A DNA stretch of 64,000 nt from NCBI GenBank assembly GCA_037139795.1, contig JBAXFS010000001.1, positions 3,153 to 67,152 of the forward strand. Direction: 5' to 3'. This document shows, piece after piece, positions 32,301-42,399 of the stretch; position 1 is the stretch's first letter; the number at the start of each line of letters is the position of its first letter. The notes beneath the pieces are model-generated. The model ran no database searches. It was given only the letters and a program-made list of their open reading frames with translations, and was not told the DNA's origin. The position numbers and the translations under genes were made by a program. Origin of the DNA: Actinomycetes bacterium (GTDB taxonomy: Bacteria > Actinomycetota > Actinomycetes > Nanopelagicales > Nanopelagicaceae).

Positions 32301-33870
32301 CAAGTTCCTCGCGGATTGCATCTAACGGCGGATTTGTAACTTGGGCGAAAAGTTGTGAAAAATAATCAAAGATAAGACGTGGCTTATTCGAAAGTGCGGC
32401 TATCGGGGTATCTGAGCCCATAGAGCCAAGGGCTTCCATTCCGTTTTTAGCCATTGGTGTTATCAGAATTCGAAGCTCTTCTTCGGTGTAGCCGAAAGCA
32501 CGTTGGCGGCGAACAACGGATGAGTGCGGATAGACAATGTGTTCACGCGCAGGAAGATCGCTTAGTTTGACCATGCCGGCATGTAACCAATCGCCATATG
32601 GCGCAGCATTTGCTAGTGAATCCTTAATTTCGCTGTCTTCAATAATGCGCCCAGCTTCGATGTCGACCAAGAACATTTTGCCCGGCTGCAAACGACCCTT
32701 TCGAGCAATATTTTCTGGTGCAATATCCAAAACTCCAACTTCTGATGCCAAAACAACGAGACCATCTTTTGTAACCCAATAGCGGGAAGGGCGAAGACCA
32801 TTTCTATCTAGAACCGCACCTACTTGGTGGCCGTCGGTAAATGTCACACAGGCCGGTCCGTCCCAAGGCTCCATAAGTGATGAATGAAAGGTATAAAAAT
32901 CGCGGCGCTCTTGCGACATCGATGTGTGATTTTCCCACGCTTCAGGAATCATCATGAGAACTGAATGGGCGAGGGAGCGTCCTCCTAAATAGAGGAGTTC
33001 AAGGACTTCATCAAATGATGCCGAGTCACTACCTGACATCTGCACAATAGGAAACAGGCGTTTTAAATCCCCTGGGATTAAATCACTCGATAATTGGGAC
33101 TCACGTGCGCGCATCCAATTTCTATTTCCCTTAACAGTATTGATCTCGCCATTGTGGGCGATAAAGCGATAAGGGTGAGCCAAGGGCCACGAAGGAAAAG
33201 TGTTAGTAGAAAATCTTGAGTGCACGAGTGCCAATGGCGAAACAACACGCTCATCACTTAAGTCCGGGAAAAACTCCTCTAACTGCCCCGTTGTTAACAT
33301 TCCCTTGTAAACAATTGTTTGGGCAGAAAGTGATGGGAAATAAAGAGGAAGTGCATGTTCGGCGCGCTTTCTTAAACAAAAAGCCATACGCTCCAAGACA
33401 AGTCCGTTTTCATTCTTAAGGCCACTAACAAAAACTTGTCGAAAATCTGGCATGACTGAAAGTGCGGTTTTTCCTAGAGAGTTTGAATTAATCGGCAAGT
33501 CGCGCCAACCCAAAACTTTTAGCCCCTCTTCCTGGGCTATGCGTGCAATCTCTGCTTCGACGCTCGCACCTTTTTCAATGAAGGCGATACCGGTGGCATA
33601 AGAGCCCGCAATTGGTAAATCAAAGGTTGTGGTTTCCTGAAAGAAAAGATCAGGGATGCGAATTAGAATTCCTGCGCCATCGCCACTATCTGGTTCGGCG
33701 CCCGATGCCCCGCGGTGCTCAAGATTTCGCAAAGCAGTGAGAGCTTTTTCTACAATGTCATGGGTTGGAACTTTATTGAGAGTAGCAACCATCGCAACAC
33801 CACATGCATCATGTTCTTGAGCAGGGTTATAGAGCCCCTGTGCAGGTGGATAGTTGGAAGGTAATGCCAT
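29359..33870 (-). CDS. gltB: Glutamate synthase large subunit
   Basis: EHDACGVA Ntn cysteine, [30 protein letters not shown] and [13 protein letters not shown]. Confidence 0.99.
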   Translation of the reverse strand: MALPSNYPPAQGLYNPAQEHDACGVAMVATLNKVPTHDIVEKALTALRNLEHRGASGAEPDSGDGAGILIRIPDLFFQETTTFDLPIAGSYATGIAFIEKGASVEAEIARIAQEEGLKVLGWRDLPINSNSLGKTALSVMPDFRQVFVSGLKNENGLVLERMAFCLRKRAEHALPLYFPSLSAQTIVYKGMLTTGQLEEFFPDLSDERVVSPLALVHSRFSTNTFPSWPLAHPYRFIAHNGEINTVKGNRNWMRARESQLSSDLIPGDLKRLFPIVQMSGSDSASFDEVLELLYLGGRSLAHSVLMMIPEAWENHTSMSQERRDFYTFHSSLMEPWDGPACVTFTDGHQVGAVLDRNGLRPSRYWVTKDGLVVLASEVGVLDIAPENIARKGRLQPGKMFLVDIEAGRIIEDSEIKDSLANAAPYGDWLHAGMVKLSDLPAREHIVYPHSSVVRRQRAFGYTEEELRILITPMAKNGMEALGSMGSDTPIAALSNKPRLIFDYFSQLFAQVTNPPLDAIREELVTSLGTSMGPEHNLLDSGPFSCRQISLAFPVIDNDELAKIIHVNADGDHPGLSAHVVRGLFFVADEGDALRERLNEIKLEVSKAINDGARIIVLSDRDADTEEAAIPSLLLTSAVHHHLIREKTRTKVGLVVEAGDVREVHHVALLIGFGAAAVNPYLAMESAEDLVLQGVITGITPEKAVRNLIKSLGKGVLKVMSKMGISTIASYTGAQVFEAIGLSAEVIDEFFTGTTSRLGGVSLDVIAQEAIARHHIAYPPGGEVPGTKRLPIGGEYQWRREGEPHLFDPETVFALQHSTRTKRYDIFKRYTNRVNDQSTRLMTLRGLFEFKERTPISIDEVESAHEIIKRFSTGAMSYGSVSQEVHETLAIAMNRLGAKSNTGEGGEDPTRFIPMENGDSKRSAIKQVASGRFGVTSEYLVNADDIQIKVAQGAKPGEGGQLPGNKVYPWIAKVRYSTPGVGLISPPPHHDIYSIEDLAQLIHDLKNANKNARIHVKLVAEVGVGTVAAGVSKAHADVVLISGHDGGTGASPLTSLKHAGAPWELGLAETQQTLLLNNLRDRIVVQTDGQLKTGRDVVIAALLGAEEFGFATAPLVVSGCVMMRVCHLDTCPVGVATQNPELRARFSGKPEFVETFFEYIAEEVREILATLGFKTLLEAIGHVEYLETKRAVDHWKASGLDLSPLLMQPETTSALHNTTKQDHGLDAALDNELVRLSQPALTNKELVRIDLPVRNVNRTVGTMLGAEITRAFGGTGLADGTIDITLRGSAGQSLGAFIPAGLTIRLFGDSNDYVGKGISGGRVILRPDAASTFNSDENVIAGNVIGYGATSGEIMIRGIVGERFCVRNSGATAIVEGIGDHGCEYMTGGTVVVLGQTGRNFAAGMSGGRAFVLDLDPAKVNGDMVDILAVPTDQLGVLKTIISDFATNTDSQIAKELLVDWEVAVTRISLVMPRDYARVLEAMARATREGLPVNALVMEVAASG

Positions 33871-33982
33871 TGAAGTTGGGCTCCGATTGTCTATGAAAGC
33901 TTGCGGGACAACCTTGGCCCTTGCCAGTTAAGAACTAACTAGCGGTGCAAAGAGTAGCAACAAAAACTCACTTGGCTAGCGC

Positions 33983-34690
33983 CTATATGCCGGCGACATG
34001 TGCAATCTGACCGATTCCAGCCGTGATAGCCATGCCCAAACACCCACCAAGAATGACTCTAATGGTTGGAATTAAAACCTTTGAACCCGATGCTCGAGCG
34101 CTAATCACACCTGTAAGAACTAAACCAATAAGAGTGAAGCCAACAATGCTCCACGCTTTGGCTCCTAGCGTTGGTGCAAAAGCTCCCACAAATGGAACCA
34201 AGCCCCCAACAGTGAAGGCGGTCGCAGATGCGATTGATGCTTGCACTGGACGGGCTTTAGTGTGTGGATGTTGTCCCAGTTCATCTCGCAAATGCGCAGC
34301 AAGTGGATCGATTTTATGCATTTCAACGGCAACCGTCTTGGCTAGTTCTGGAGTTAATCCGCGTTTGATATAAATTTCTTGAAGCTCTAAGAGTTCGCCT
34401 TCCGGATCTGATGCAAGATGTTGGATCTCAAGAAGTCGGTCGGATTCTTCAACATCATTTTGTGAACGCACTGAAACGTACTCACCTACTGCCATCGACA
34501 TTGCACCCGCAGTAATTCCCGCCAGACCTGCAGTTACAAGGAAATCATTCTTTCCGGCAGCAACTACGCCAATCATTAATGAGGCCGTTGAAACTAAACC
34601 ATCATTTGCGCCTAACACGGCAGCGCGTAACCAACCCGCACGATGTGTTCGGTGTTCTAAATTGCGAGCATATACATCTTCGATTGTCAT
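33983..34690 (-). CDS. VIT1/CCC1-family Fe2+/Mn2+ transporter
   Basis: WLRAAVLGANDGLVS and AGAMSMAVGEYVSV motifs. Start moved to the ATG at 34690 (MTIEDV), 7 nt after TAGTCT and clear of lgt. Confidence 0.93.
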   Translation of the reverse strand: MTIEDVYARNLEHRTHRAGWLRAAVLGANDGLVSTASLMIGVVAAGKNDFLVTAGLAGITAGAMSMAVGEYVSVRSQNDVEESDRLLEIQHLASDPEGELLELQEIYIKRGLTPELAKTVAVEMHKIDPLAAHLRDELGQHPHTKARPVQASIASATAFTVGGLVPFVGAFAPTLGAKAWSIVGFTLIGLVLTGVISARASGSKVLIPTIRVILGGCLGMAITAGIGQIAHVAGI

Positions 34691-34703
34691 GGCATAGAGA
34701 CTA
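34691..34703 (-). promoter_or_regulatory. Leaderless-type -10 box for the VIT1 gene (TGA-TAGTCT-N7-ATG); the lgt stop TGA supplies the extended -10 TGn
   Basis: Minus strand reads TGA TAGTCT ctatgcc ATG. Confidence 0.62.
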
Positions 34704-35519
34704 TCAGCCATCGGCTTTGTTGTTACTCCCGAATTTCAGAAAAGCTATGAGTGCGCCCACTCCAACGATTGCGCCAACCCATACATTGAGCCGAAGACCG
34801 AGGAGGTGATGTGCTTGATCGATTCTGATCGATTCGATTCCAATGCGTCCGAGACAGTATCCCGCGATATAGAGTGCGAAAGCCTGTCCGGGTTGAAATC
34901 TCTTTCCAATTGCAATTAATAAAATAGCTAGCGCCACAGTCCAGATTGCCTCATACAAAAAAGTCGGATGAAATGTCGTAAATTGCGTGTAGCCGGCAGG
35001 TCGATTCGCCAGTGGAATTGATAACGCCCACGGTGCAGTTAGCGGGCGACCAAAGAGTTCAATGTTGAACCAGTTGCCAAAGCGCCCTAACGCTTGAGCA
35101 AAGAGAACCCCGGGTGCCAGTGCATCCATAAAATAAGTAAATGCTGGAAGTTCAATCTTCTTGGCAAGGGTTCTGTAACGAAGATATGCAGCATAAGTGC
35201 CGAGTGCTATCGCACCCCAAATTCCCAGTCCACCTTGCCAAATTTTCAATGCATCTAGCGGATGGCCACCGCTGCCAAAATAAGCATCAGGTGAAGTGAT
35301 GACGTGATACATGCGTCCACCGATGATTCCGAATGGAACTGCAGTTATAGCAACTTCAGAGACCACGGACTTGCCGTTAACAGCTACCGACTTGAAGCGC
35401 TTATCGCCTAGCCAAATGGCAACGGCAATTCCAGAGATGATGCATAGGGCGTACATGTGAATAGTGAGTGGCCCGACCTTCAACACCGAAAACGTTGGCG
35501 AAGGAATCGAGCGAAGCAA
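34704..35519 (-). CDS. lgt: Prolipoprotein diacylglyceryl transferase
   Basis: IHMYALCI, GGRMYHV, IWQGGLGIWG, GRFGNWFN and HPTFLYE. Confidence 0.97.
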   Translation of the reverse strand: MLRSIPSPTFSVLKVGPLTIHMYALCIISGIAVAIWLGDKRFKSVAVNGKSVVSEVAITAVPFGIIGGRMYHVITSPDAYFGSGGHPLDALKIWQGGLGIWGAIALGTYAAYLRYRTLAKKIELPAFTYFMDALAPGVLFAQALGRFGNWFNIELFGRPLTAPWALSIPLANRPAGYTQFTTFHPTFLYEAIWTVALAILLIAIGKRFQPGQAFALYIAGYCLGRIGIESIRIDQAHHLLGLRLNVWVGAIVGVGALIAFLKFGSNNKADG

Positions 35520-35523
35520 AGTT

Positions 35524-36237
35524 TTATCCGGCCTCTACGGCAAGACGGAACTCAGTTGGATCAAACCCATTTGCTTTGCGAACCCAGAGTTTATTGTTAA
35601 TAAAAATTGTTGGTGTTCCCGTTACCTTATAAGTTGCCATGGAATCTTCCTGCGTCTTCGCCAGATTTACGTTTGAGCCATTTGTTATACAGTCCGTAAA
35701 TTTCTTACTAGTGAGTCCTAAATAACTACCAATCTTTATTAAATTAGCATTCGAGTAAAAGCCCGAGTTCTCTAATGCTGGCTGAACTAGATAAATCGCT
35801 TTGTGGAAATCTAAGTAGTGGCCTTCATCGGCAGCGCACATGGCGGCATTTGCCGTGCGAATTGACTCATCTCCCAGGAAGGAGAGAACATGAAAGACGA
35901 CCGTTGCTTTTTTAGTACGCACCAAACTATCGATGTAAGCACCGTTTGCTTCTTCGAAAGTCCTACAAATAGGACACTGAGGGTCTTCCCATAAATCGAT
36001 TTTTACTGGGCCTCCAGGATTTAGAACTAACCCTGAACCCTGAGTAGGATCTACGGTAGAGGTAACTTGTTGCCCCAATTTATAATCTTTGAGTGCGGCA
36101 AAAGAGGCGTTAGCTTTGTTAGATGAACTCATTACGGAAAAAACGACACCAGTGACAACGACAAGAGCGACCATTCCAATTACTAGCCAACGAGTGAAGT
36201 TATCGCCACTTTTTGTGGCCTTGGCTTGCTTTGACAT
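35524..36237 (-). CDS. Membrane-anchored DsbA-family thiol-disulfide oxidoreductase
   Basis: N-terminal TM helix, WEDPQCPICRTFE active site, cis-Pro loop GTPT; GAGGAG RBS. Confidence 0.9.
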   Translation of the reverse strand: MSKQAKATKSGDNFTRWLVIGMVALVVVTGVVFSVMSSSNKANASFAALKDYKLGQQVTSTVDPTQGSGLVLNPGGPVKIDLWEDPQCPICRTFEEANGAYIDSLVRTKKATVVFHVLSFLGDESIRTANAAMCAADEGHYLDFHKAIYLVQPALENSGFYSNANLIKIGSYLGLTSKKFTDCITNGSNVNLAKTQEDSMATYKVTGTPTIFINNKLWVRKANGFDPTEFRLAVEAG

Positions 36238-36735
36238 TTAGTTCTCCTCATTTGTGGTGGCTGCTTTATCAATAGACAATAATCCGTAAGGGAAAAAGTA
36301 TAGGTAGAGCGCAGTAATTGCCAAACCTAAATCTCGGGCAATTTCAATTGCATAGTTTCTGTGTACTTGCGCGGCTTTGGAAGGATCTATAGCTCCTCCG
36401 CCGCCGAAACATCCGCAATCGATGAGAATGCCTCTAGCCCACACTGAGATTATGGCAGCGATGAATACGACCATGGTTACACCAGCGACAACTGCAGACA
36501 TTCGTACCGATAGACCGATAATAAGTAGAAATCCGATTGCAATCTCTAACCAAGGCAGGCCATAACCGAGGATATGTGCCATCTGAGTTGGCAGAATTTT
36601 ATAGGCCGATACGGCACTTGCTGCCTGTGCTGGAACAAATGCCTTTAATCCCCCAGCCGCAATTAGAATCCCGCCGAGAATTAAGCGTCCCACCAAAGTA
36701 ATCAGATTGCTATTTCGCTCGTTGAAGGCCTTCAT
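36238..36735 (-). CDS. MauE/DoxX-family redox-associated membrane protein
   Basis: GRLILGG, LPWLEIAIG, IDCGCFGGGG and IARD motifs; four TM segments. Confidence 0.88.
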   Translation of the reverse strand: MKAFNERNSNLITLVGRLILGGILIAAGGLKAFVPAQAASAVSAYKILPTQMAHILGYGLPWLEIAIGFLLIIGLSVRMSAVVAGVTMVVFIAAIISVWARGILIDCGCFGGGGAIDPSKAAQVHRNYAIEIARDLGLAITALYLYFFPYGLLSIDKAATTNEEN

Positions 36736-36747
36736 GAATCTAGTCTA
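36736..36747 (-). promoter_or_regulatory. Leaderless-type -10 box for the MauE gene (TAGACT-N6-ATG); its TAG is the microprotein stop codon
   Basis: Minus strand reads TAGACT agattc ATG; no RBS. Confidence 0.68.
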
Positions 36748-36906
36748 ACTCTGATCGCTAGGGTCAATACCGGCATCGAGGTCTTGCCAAGAATTCCTAG
36801 CTCGTGGGGTGCGCTCGTAACGCGAGGAGATTCGAAATTTTCGGCCCGCAAGAATTACTATGGCAAATATCACCAAGGCACTTACCAATACGGTCGCGAG
36901 TTTCAT
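36745..36906 (-). CDS. 53-aa single-TM microprotein resembling the C-terminus of the trp-operon-associated membrane protein (below the ORF-track cutoff)
   Basis: MKLATVLVSALVIFAIVILAGRKFRISSRYERTPRARNSWQDLDAGIDPSDQS. Fills the hisI-mauE gap, starting 5 nt after the hisI stop. Confidence 0.78.
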   Translation of the reverse strand: MKLATVLVSALVIFAIVILAGRKFRISSRYERTPRARNSWQDLDAGIDPSDQS

Positions 36907-36911
36907 TAACC

Positions 36912-37247
36912 TTATAAATCAATCGGCTTGTGGAAACAAGTGCGCTCACCTGTATGGCAAGCGGCTCCAGTTTGGATGACTTGAAGAAGGATCGTATCTG
37001 AGTCACAATCTAACGATATCGATTGAACATCTTGAAAATGTCCCGAGGTTGCACCTTTAATCCAGAGTTCATTTCGACTTCGACTCCAATATGTGGCTCT
37101 GCCTGTTTCCATAGTTTGAGTTAGAGCCGCACGATTCATGTAAGCCAACATCAAAACCTCGTGAGTTGTCGAATCTTGAACTATCGCTGGAATGAGAGTT
37201 GTAGAATCTTTGAATATCGAATCAGATCCAACATCGACAATCTTCAT
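36912..37247 (-). CDS. hisI: Phosphoribosyl-AMP cyclohydrolase
   Basis: [24 protein letters not shown] and LDCDSD...[17 protein letters not shown]6-ATG upstream (weaker leaderless -10). Confidence 0.97.
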   Translation of the reverse strand: MKIVDVGSDSIFKDSTTLIPAIVQDSTTHEVLMLAYMNRAALTQTMETGRATYWSRSRNELWIKGATSGHFQDVQSISLDCDSDTILLQVIQTGAACHTGERTCFHKPIDL

Positions 37248-37261
37248 GGAGTAATTCTGCC

Positions 37262-38035
37262 TTACTTAATCGAAACGGTGCGCACGGGATAGTTGTGCGA
37301 GTCTAAATATCGCTTTACATCCTTAATACGATGGATTCCAAAGTGAAAAACACTCGCCGCAAGAAGGGCATTTGCACCGGCATCAAGGGCGGCGGCAAAA
37401 TCTTCGAGGGTGCCTGCCCCACCACTAGCGATAAGTGGGACCCTCGTTACGGCACGGACCGCGCTAATCATCCCTATGTCATAACCGGCGCGCGTGCCAT
37501 CGGCATCCATAGAGTTTAGAAGAATTTCGCCAACGCCGAGTGCGCAAGCTTTTTCAACCCACGCTAGAGCATCAATAGATGTGCCCTCTCGGCCCCCATG
37601 CGTTGTCACTTCAAAACCCGATTCGGTGCGAGCCCTGCGGGCATCTACCGAGAGAACCAAAACCTGTGAACCAAATCGATCGGCAATTTCAGCGATGAGT
37701 TCGGGTCTAGCGATTGCAGAAGTATTAATTGAAACCTTATCGGCACCTGCACGCAATAAACGATCGACATCTTGCACCGAACGAATTCCGCCTCCAACAG
37801 TCAACGGAATAAAAACCTCCTCTGCGGTGCGTCGAACAATGTCTAAAGTAGTCTCGCGCCCGGAACTGCTTGCTGAAATATCAAGAAAAGTTAGTTCGTC
37901 AGCGCCTTCAATGCCATAAAGAGCGGCCATCTCTACTGGATCGCCGGCATCAATTAAATTAGTAAAATTCACGCCCTTAACAACGCGACCGTCGGTTACG
38001 TCAAGGCAGGGAATTATTCGGACCGATAAACTCAT
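37262..38035 (-). CDS. hisF: Imidazole glycerol phosphate synthase cyclase subunit
   Basis: [30 protein letters not shown] and ALLAASVFH. Confidence 0.98.
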   Translation of the reverse strand: MSLSVRIIPCLDVTDGRVVKGVNFTNLIDAGDPVEMAALYGIEGADELTFLDISASSSGRETTLDIVRRTAEEVFIPLTVGGGIRSVQDVDRLLRAGADKVSINTSAIARPELIAEIADRFGSQVLVLSVDARRARTESGFEVTTHGGREGTSIDALAWVEKACALGVGEILLNSMDADGTRAGYDIGMISAVRAVTRVPLIASGGAGTLEDFAAALDAGANALLAASVFHFGIHRIKDVKRYLDSHNYPVRTVSIK

Positions 38036-38757
38036 TGGCTAACCAATTTCAGCGCCTCTTGTACAGTGAATGCTCCGGAGTAAATCGCCTTACCAATAAT
38101 GGCGCCTTCAATACCGATGGAGGTAAGGGCGGCCAGATTTGCAATATCTTCTAAGTTAGAGATTCCACCACTAGCAATGACGGGTTTGCTTGTTACAGCA
38201 CAGACAGATTTCAGTAATTCGATATTTGGGCCAGTTAAAGTGCCATCTTTCGTAACGTCGGTTACAACGTAGCGTGCACACCCATCTCGATCTAAGCGTT
38301 GGATTGTTTCGAAAAGATCTCCTCCTTCACTCGTCCAACCACGCGCGGCCAATATGTGCCCTCGAACATCTAAACCAACTGCGATTAAATCTCCGTACTT
38401 AGAAATAACTTGCGCAGTCCATTCGGGATTTTCTAATGCTGCGGTCCCTAAGTTGATTCGTTTACAGCCAGTTGCGATGGCGCGAGTAAGTGATTCATCA
38501 TCGCGTATTCCACCTGATAACTCGACGTTGATATCCAGCGCTCCCACAATTTCAGCTAGCAGCGCCGAATTATCACCGCGCCCGAAAGCTGCATCTAAAT
38601 CGACTAAGTGAATCCATTGCGCTCCAGCGTTTTGAAACTCAAGGGCTACTTCAAGCGGTGCCCCGTAAATACTCTCTTGAGAAAGCTCGCCTTGAACTAA
38701 GCGAACTGCACGCCCGTCTTTAACGTCGATTGCCGGTAGAAGTTCTAAGGCTTTCAT
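38032..38757 (-). CDS. priA: Phosphoribosyl isomerase PriA (HisA, probably also TrpF activity)
   Basis: [26 protein letters not shown] and GLDVRG...ARGW. Start moved to 38757 (ATGA overlap with hisH). Confidence 0.93.
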   Translation of the reverse strand: MKALELLPAIDVKDGRAVRLVQGELSQESIYGAPLEVALEFQNAGAQWIHLVDLDAAFGRGDNSALLAEIVGALDINVELSGGIRDDESLTRAIATGCKRINLGTAALENPEWTAQVISKYGDLIAVGLDVRGHILAARGWTSEGGDLFETIQRLDRDGCARYVVTDVTKDGTLTGPNIELLKSVCAVTSKPVIASGGISNLEDIANLAALTSIGIEGAIIGKAIYSGAFTVQEALKLVSQ

Positions 38758-39356
38758 AGTGATCGCGTCCAATTTTTAATGAGTGCAAGGCCGGCTCCGC
38801 CTGATTTTTCCGGGTGAAACTGCGTGGCACTCATGTAGCCATCTTCAACCCCTGCGAGAAATCTTTCTCCATATGTGGTCCAAGTTTGCACGATGCCAAC
38901 CGGCTCTTTTGCCGCATAAGAGTGCACAAAGTAAAAGGATTCATCACCAATTCCGGCGAACAGAGTGGATTCGCTGGGGGCCTGAACGTTGTTCCAACCC
39001 ATGTGCGGCAAAATTGGGGCGTCAATCTCGCTAATAACCCCAGGCCAAATTCCAACACCTTGATGCGGTACCCCTTCTGAATGTTCCACACCAAGTGAAA
39101 AAAGAATTTGCATTCCAATACATATCCCCAAAGTTGGTCGTTCGCGTGCAATGCGTTCTCTAATTATTCGCGCGCCATCGATGGAGTTCAGACCCTGCAT
39201 GCATGCAGCAAATGCCCCAACACCGGGAACAACTAACCCATCTGCTTCAATGGCAGTTCGTGCATCTGATGTAACAACTACACTTAGGCCACTCGTTGCA
39301 AAGGCGCGCTCTGCTGAACGTAAGTTGCCCGATCCATAGTCAAGAATTGCAATCAA
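38754..39356 (-). CDS. hisH: Imidazole glycerol phosphate synthase amidotransferase subunit
   Basis: [29 protein letters not shown] and TQFHPEKSG. Confidence 0.98.
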   Translation of the reverse strand: MIAILDYGSGNLRSAERAFATSGLSVVVTSDARTAIEADGLVVPGVGAFAACMQGLNSIDGARIIRERIARERPTLGICIGMQILFSLGVEHSEGVPHQGVGIWPGVISEIDAPILPHMGWNNVQAPSESTLFAGIGDESFYFVHSYAAKEPVGIVQTWTTYGERFLAGVEDGYMSATQFHPEKSGGAGLALIKNWTRSL

Positions 39357-39943
39357 AGAGAGCCCTTGGTTGAAGGAATCCCTGCAACTCGACCATCAAG
39401 TGAGACGGCATCACGAAGTGCGCGCGCGACCGCTTTGAACTGAGCTTCAAATACATGGTGGGCATTACGTCCTTCGAGTACACGAATGTGTAGGGCAATA
39501 TGCGCCTCAGCCACAATTGATTCCCAGATGTGTCTACCTAACGTTGTATCAAAAGTTCCGATGAGTTCTACGATCTCTGGTTGGCGATGAACTAAGTATG
39601 GACGTCCCGACAAATCAACTGCGGCCTGAACCAAAACTTCATCGAGCGGAACCATGGAGTCACCAAATCGGCGAATTCCCACTTTATCTCCAAGGGCTTG
39701 ACGCAGTGCTTGACCAAATGCCAATGAAGTATCTTCAACACTGTGATGTGAATCGACATCGATATCACCCGTTGTCTTAACAGTTAAATCAAATCCGGAG
39801 TGTTTACCAAGTTGCGACATCATGTGATCGAAGAAGGGCACACCGGTTGAGACATCTATGACGCCTTGACCATCCAAATTAAGTTCGACTAGGACATGCG
39901 ACTCTTTAGTCGCTCTCTCGATTCGTGCAGTTCTCATCCGCAT
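39353..39943 (-). CDS. hisB: Imidazoleglycerol-phosphate dehydratase
   Basis: [17 protein letters not shown] and [13 protein letters not shown]. Confidence 0.98.
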   Translation of the reverse strand: MRMRTARIERATKESHVLVELNLDGQGVIDVSTGVPFFDHMMSQLGKHSGFDLTVKTTGDIDVDSHHSVEDTSLAFGQALRQALGDKVGIRRFGDSMVPLDEVLVQAAVDLSGRPYLVHRQPEIVELIGTFDTTLGRHIWESIVAEAHIALHIRVLEGRNAHHVFEAQFKAVARALRDAVSLDGRVAGIPSTKGSL

Positions 39944-39951
39944 CTCTCTTT

Positions 39952-41037
39952 CTACAGTAGTTCGGTTAAGGCGTTGATAAAGGCGGTATTTTCGGCCTCA
40001 TTGCCGACACTTACGCGAAGATAAGACGATAATCCCACATCTCGAATGAGAACACCTTTTTCCAGCAATTGAGCCCACAGTTCGGCGGAACTGGCGTCAA
40101 AACCCGTGAAAAGTATGAAATTAGCCGCACTTGGCACAGTAGTTAACCCTAAGGATCGCAATGAAACTACGAGCCCTTCGCGGGCCGAAACAAGACGTTC
40201 AACATTTCCTAAAAGTTCGTCGCGGAATTCAAGGGCGATAATCGCGGCAGCCTGCGTGAGTGCACTCAAGTGATACGGCAATCGCACAAGCTTCATTGCA
40301 TCAACGACTGCAGTATCTGCAACTAAGTATCCAACGCGTGCACCAGCAAATGCAAAGGCTTTACTCATCGTTCGAATTGCAACTACATGCGGCCTGTTTT
40401 CAAGCAAGGTAATTGCAGATTTCTCGGTCGAAAATTCGGCATAGGCCTCGTCCACAACCAACAGACCGCCGTGCTTACGGACAACTTCGGCCAAAGCTTC
40501 AATCTCACCGATGGAGATTGATTCCCCTGTTGGATTATTAGGCGTTGTAATAAATGTCAAAGTAGGTCTGTGTTTAATTATCTGCCTAATTGCTAACTCT
40601 ACGTTGAATGAAAAGTCTGGGTTTCTTGTCCCATTGATCCATTCAGTGCCAGTTACTTTTGCAATCAGTGGATGCATTGAATAGGAAGGAGTAAAGCCGA
40701 GTGCTATCCCACTTCCAAATGCTAAAAAGAGTGACTGAATAATCTCATTGCTGCCATTTGCTGCCCAGATATTATTCATGTTTAGTTGAGTAGAACAACT
40801 CTCATTAACATAACTTGCTAAAGCTGTGCGAAGCGCTTCGGCATCGCGATCTGGATAGCGATTAAGCGTTGAAGCCGCACTCTCTATCGCTTGATTAATG
40901 GCAGCTTGAAATTTTGGTGATGGCGGATATGGATTCTCGTTTGTATTCATTGATGCTTCGGCAGGTAACTGAGGTGCACCGTATGGCGTTAAAGGCTGCA
41001 AATCATCACGAAGTGGTAACCACATTGGCCAACTCAT
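39952..41037 (-). CDS. hisC: Histidinol-phosphate aminotransferase
   Basis: NTNENPY, NRYPD, NGSNE, PNNPTG, VVDEAY and [16 protein letters not shown]. Confidence 0.98.
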   Translation of the reverse strand: MSWPMWLPLRDDLQPLTPYGAPQLPAEASMNTNENPYPPSPKFQAAINQAIESAASTLNRYPDRDAEALRTALASYVNESCSTQLNMNNIWAANGSNEIIQSLFLAFGSGIALGFTPSYSMHPLIAKVTGTEWINGTRNPDFSFNVELAIRQIIKHRPTLTFITTPNNPTGESISIGEIEALAEVVRKHGGLLVVDEAYAEFSTEKSAITLLENRPHVVAIRTMSKAFAFAGARVGYLVADTAVVDAMKLVRLPYHLSALTQAAAIIALEFRDELLGNVERLVSAREGLVVSLRSLGLTTVPSAANFILFTGFDASSAELWAQLLEKGVLIRDVGLSSYLRVSVGNEAENTAFINALTELL

Positions 41038-42344
41038 TACAAATTCTCCAGACGCGCTGTCATCGCTTGCCCATGAGCCGGTAAATCCTCAGCCGTAGCC
41101 AAAGTAACAACCGTAGGAAGAATGTCTAGAAAAGCCTGTTGTCCATACTCAATGAAGTGGACTCCGCGAAGAAAAGTTTGAACCGATAGACCGCTTGAAT
41201 GGCATGCGCAACCGCCAGTTGGTAGAACATGGTTAGACCCGGCCGAGTAATCACCGAGGGAAACTGGGGAGAATCGTCCGATGAATACTGCACCTGCATT
41301 TCGAATCTTGTCGGCATCATCTCGAGCATTGGCTGTTTGAATCTCTAAGTGCTCGGCGGCGTAGGCATTAACTACATCGATGCCTTGACTGATTGAATCC
41401 ACCAATGCAATTGCCGACTGAACGCCAGATAACGCCTCTCGAATTCGATCCGAATGCTTAGTGCTTCTGACACGCTCCTTTAACTCCAGAACTACAGCAT
41501 CTGCCAACTCAGGACTATCGGTAACGAGTATTGCTGCGGCGATAACATCATGTTCTGCTTGGCTTATTAAATCGGCGGCGACATCGGCTGGAACTGCACT
41601 CTTATCGGCCAAAATAGCAATTTCAGTAGGTCCAGCCTCTGAATCAATTCCGATCTCACCACGTAAAGCGCGCTTAGCCGCAGCAACGTAAATATTTCCA
41701 GGTCCAGTTACAAGATCACATTTTTCGCAAAGACCATCCATGCCATAAGCAAAGAGTGCAATCGCTTGTGCTCCCCCAACTGCGTAAACCTCAGTTATTC
41801 CAAGTAGTGCACATGTCGCCAAAATAGTTGGATGCGGAAGTCCGCCAAATTCACTTTGGGGTGGTGAAGCAACTGCGATGGAAGCAACTTTGGCAATTTG
41901 AGCAGGAACAACATTCATCATTACGCTGCTTGGATAAACCGCTCTACCCCCAGGAACATAAAGCCCCACTCGATCCACGGGAATCCATTTTTCAGCGACG
42001 GTTCCGCCATCTACAACGTGGGTTCTCTTTTCGCTTCGGATTTGATCATTGTGGACTTTGCGCACTCGTTCAATAGAGAGTTCAAGGGCGACACGAATCT
42101 GCGGGTCAAGTTCTGCAAGGGCGTCGTCCAACGCCGCCTGAGGAACACGAATACTTGGCGGAGTTATGCCATCAAACTCCTGCGCTAATTTAATTAAATC
42201 TTCTTCACTTCCATGTTTAACTCGCAGCAAAATAGGTTCAATCAAAAGCATTGCTTCTGCGACATCAAGTGGGGCTCGCGGGAGTTCGGCTTTATAAGAA
42301 GCCTTATTCAAGGCTCTTCCGCGGAAATCTACCAAGCGAATCAT
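41037..42344 (-). CDS. hisD: Histidinol dehydrogenase
   Basis: GLYVPGG, GGAQAI, GPGNIYV, SQAEHD, AEHLEI and [13 protein letters not shown]. Confidence 0.99.
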   Translation of the reverse strand: MIRLVDFRGRALNKASYKAELPRAPLDVAEAMLLIEPILLRVKHGSEEDLIKLAQEFDGITPPSIRVPQAALDDALAELDPQIRVALELSIERVRKVHNDQIRSEKRTHVVDGGTVAEKWIPVDRVGLYVPGGRAVYPSSVMMNVVPAQIAKVASIAVASPPQSEFGGLPHPTILATCALLGITEVYAVGGAQAIALFAYGMDGLCEKCDLVTGPGNIYVAAAKRALRGEIGIDSEAGPTEIAILADKSAVPADVAADLISQAEHDVIAAAILVTDSPELADAVVLELKERVRSTKHSDRIREALSGVQSAIALVDSISQGIDVVNAYAAEHLEIQTANARDDADKIRNAGAVFIGRFSPVSLGDYSAGSNHVLPTGGCACHSSGLSVQTFLRGVHFIEYGQQAFLDILPTVVTLATAEDLPAHGQAMTARLENL

Positions 42345-42356
42345 TGCGCAATTGTA
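42345..42356 (-). promoter_or_regulatory. Leaderless-type -10 box for hisD and the his operon (TACAAT-N6-ATG)
   Basis: Minus strand reads TACAAT tgcgca ATG; no RBS. Confidence 0.72.
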
Positions 42357-42399
42357 ACGGTGCGAGCTTGGCCGTCGGAGCGGAATTAGTGCGCCAGGC

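Noticed and set aside
24305-33970. Canonical ANTAR dual-hexaloop target motifs in the livK leader, livK-livH spacer and gltB leader
   Set aside because: The hairpins found have 3-, 4-, 7- or 8-nt loops, or hexaloops without G1 and G4, so none is called an ANTAR site.
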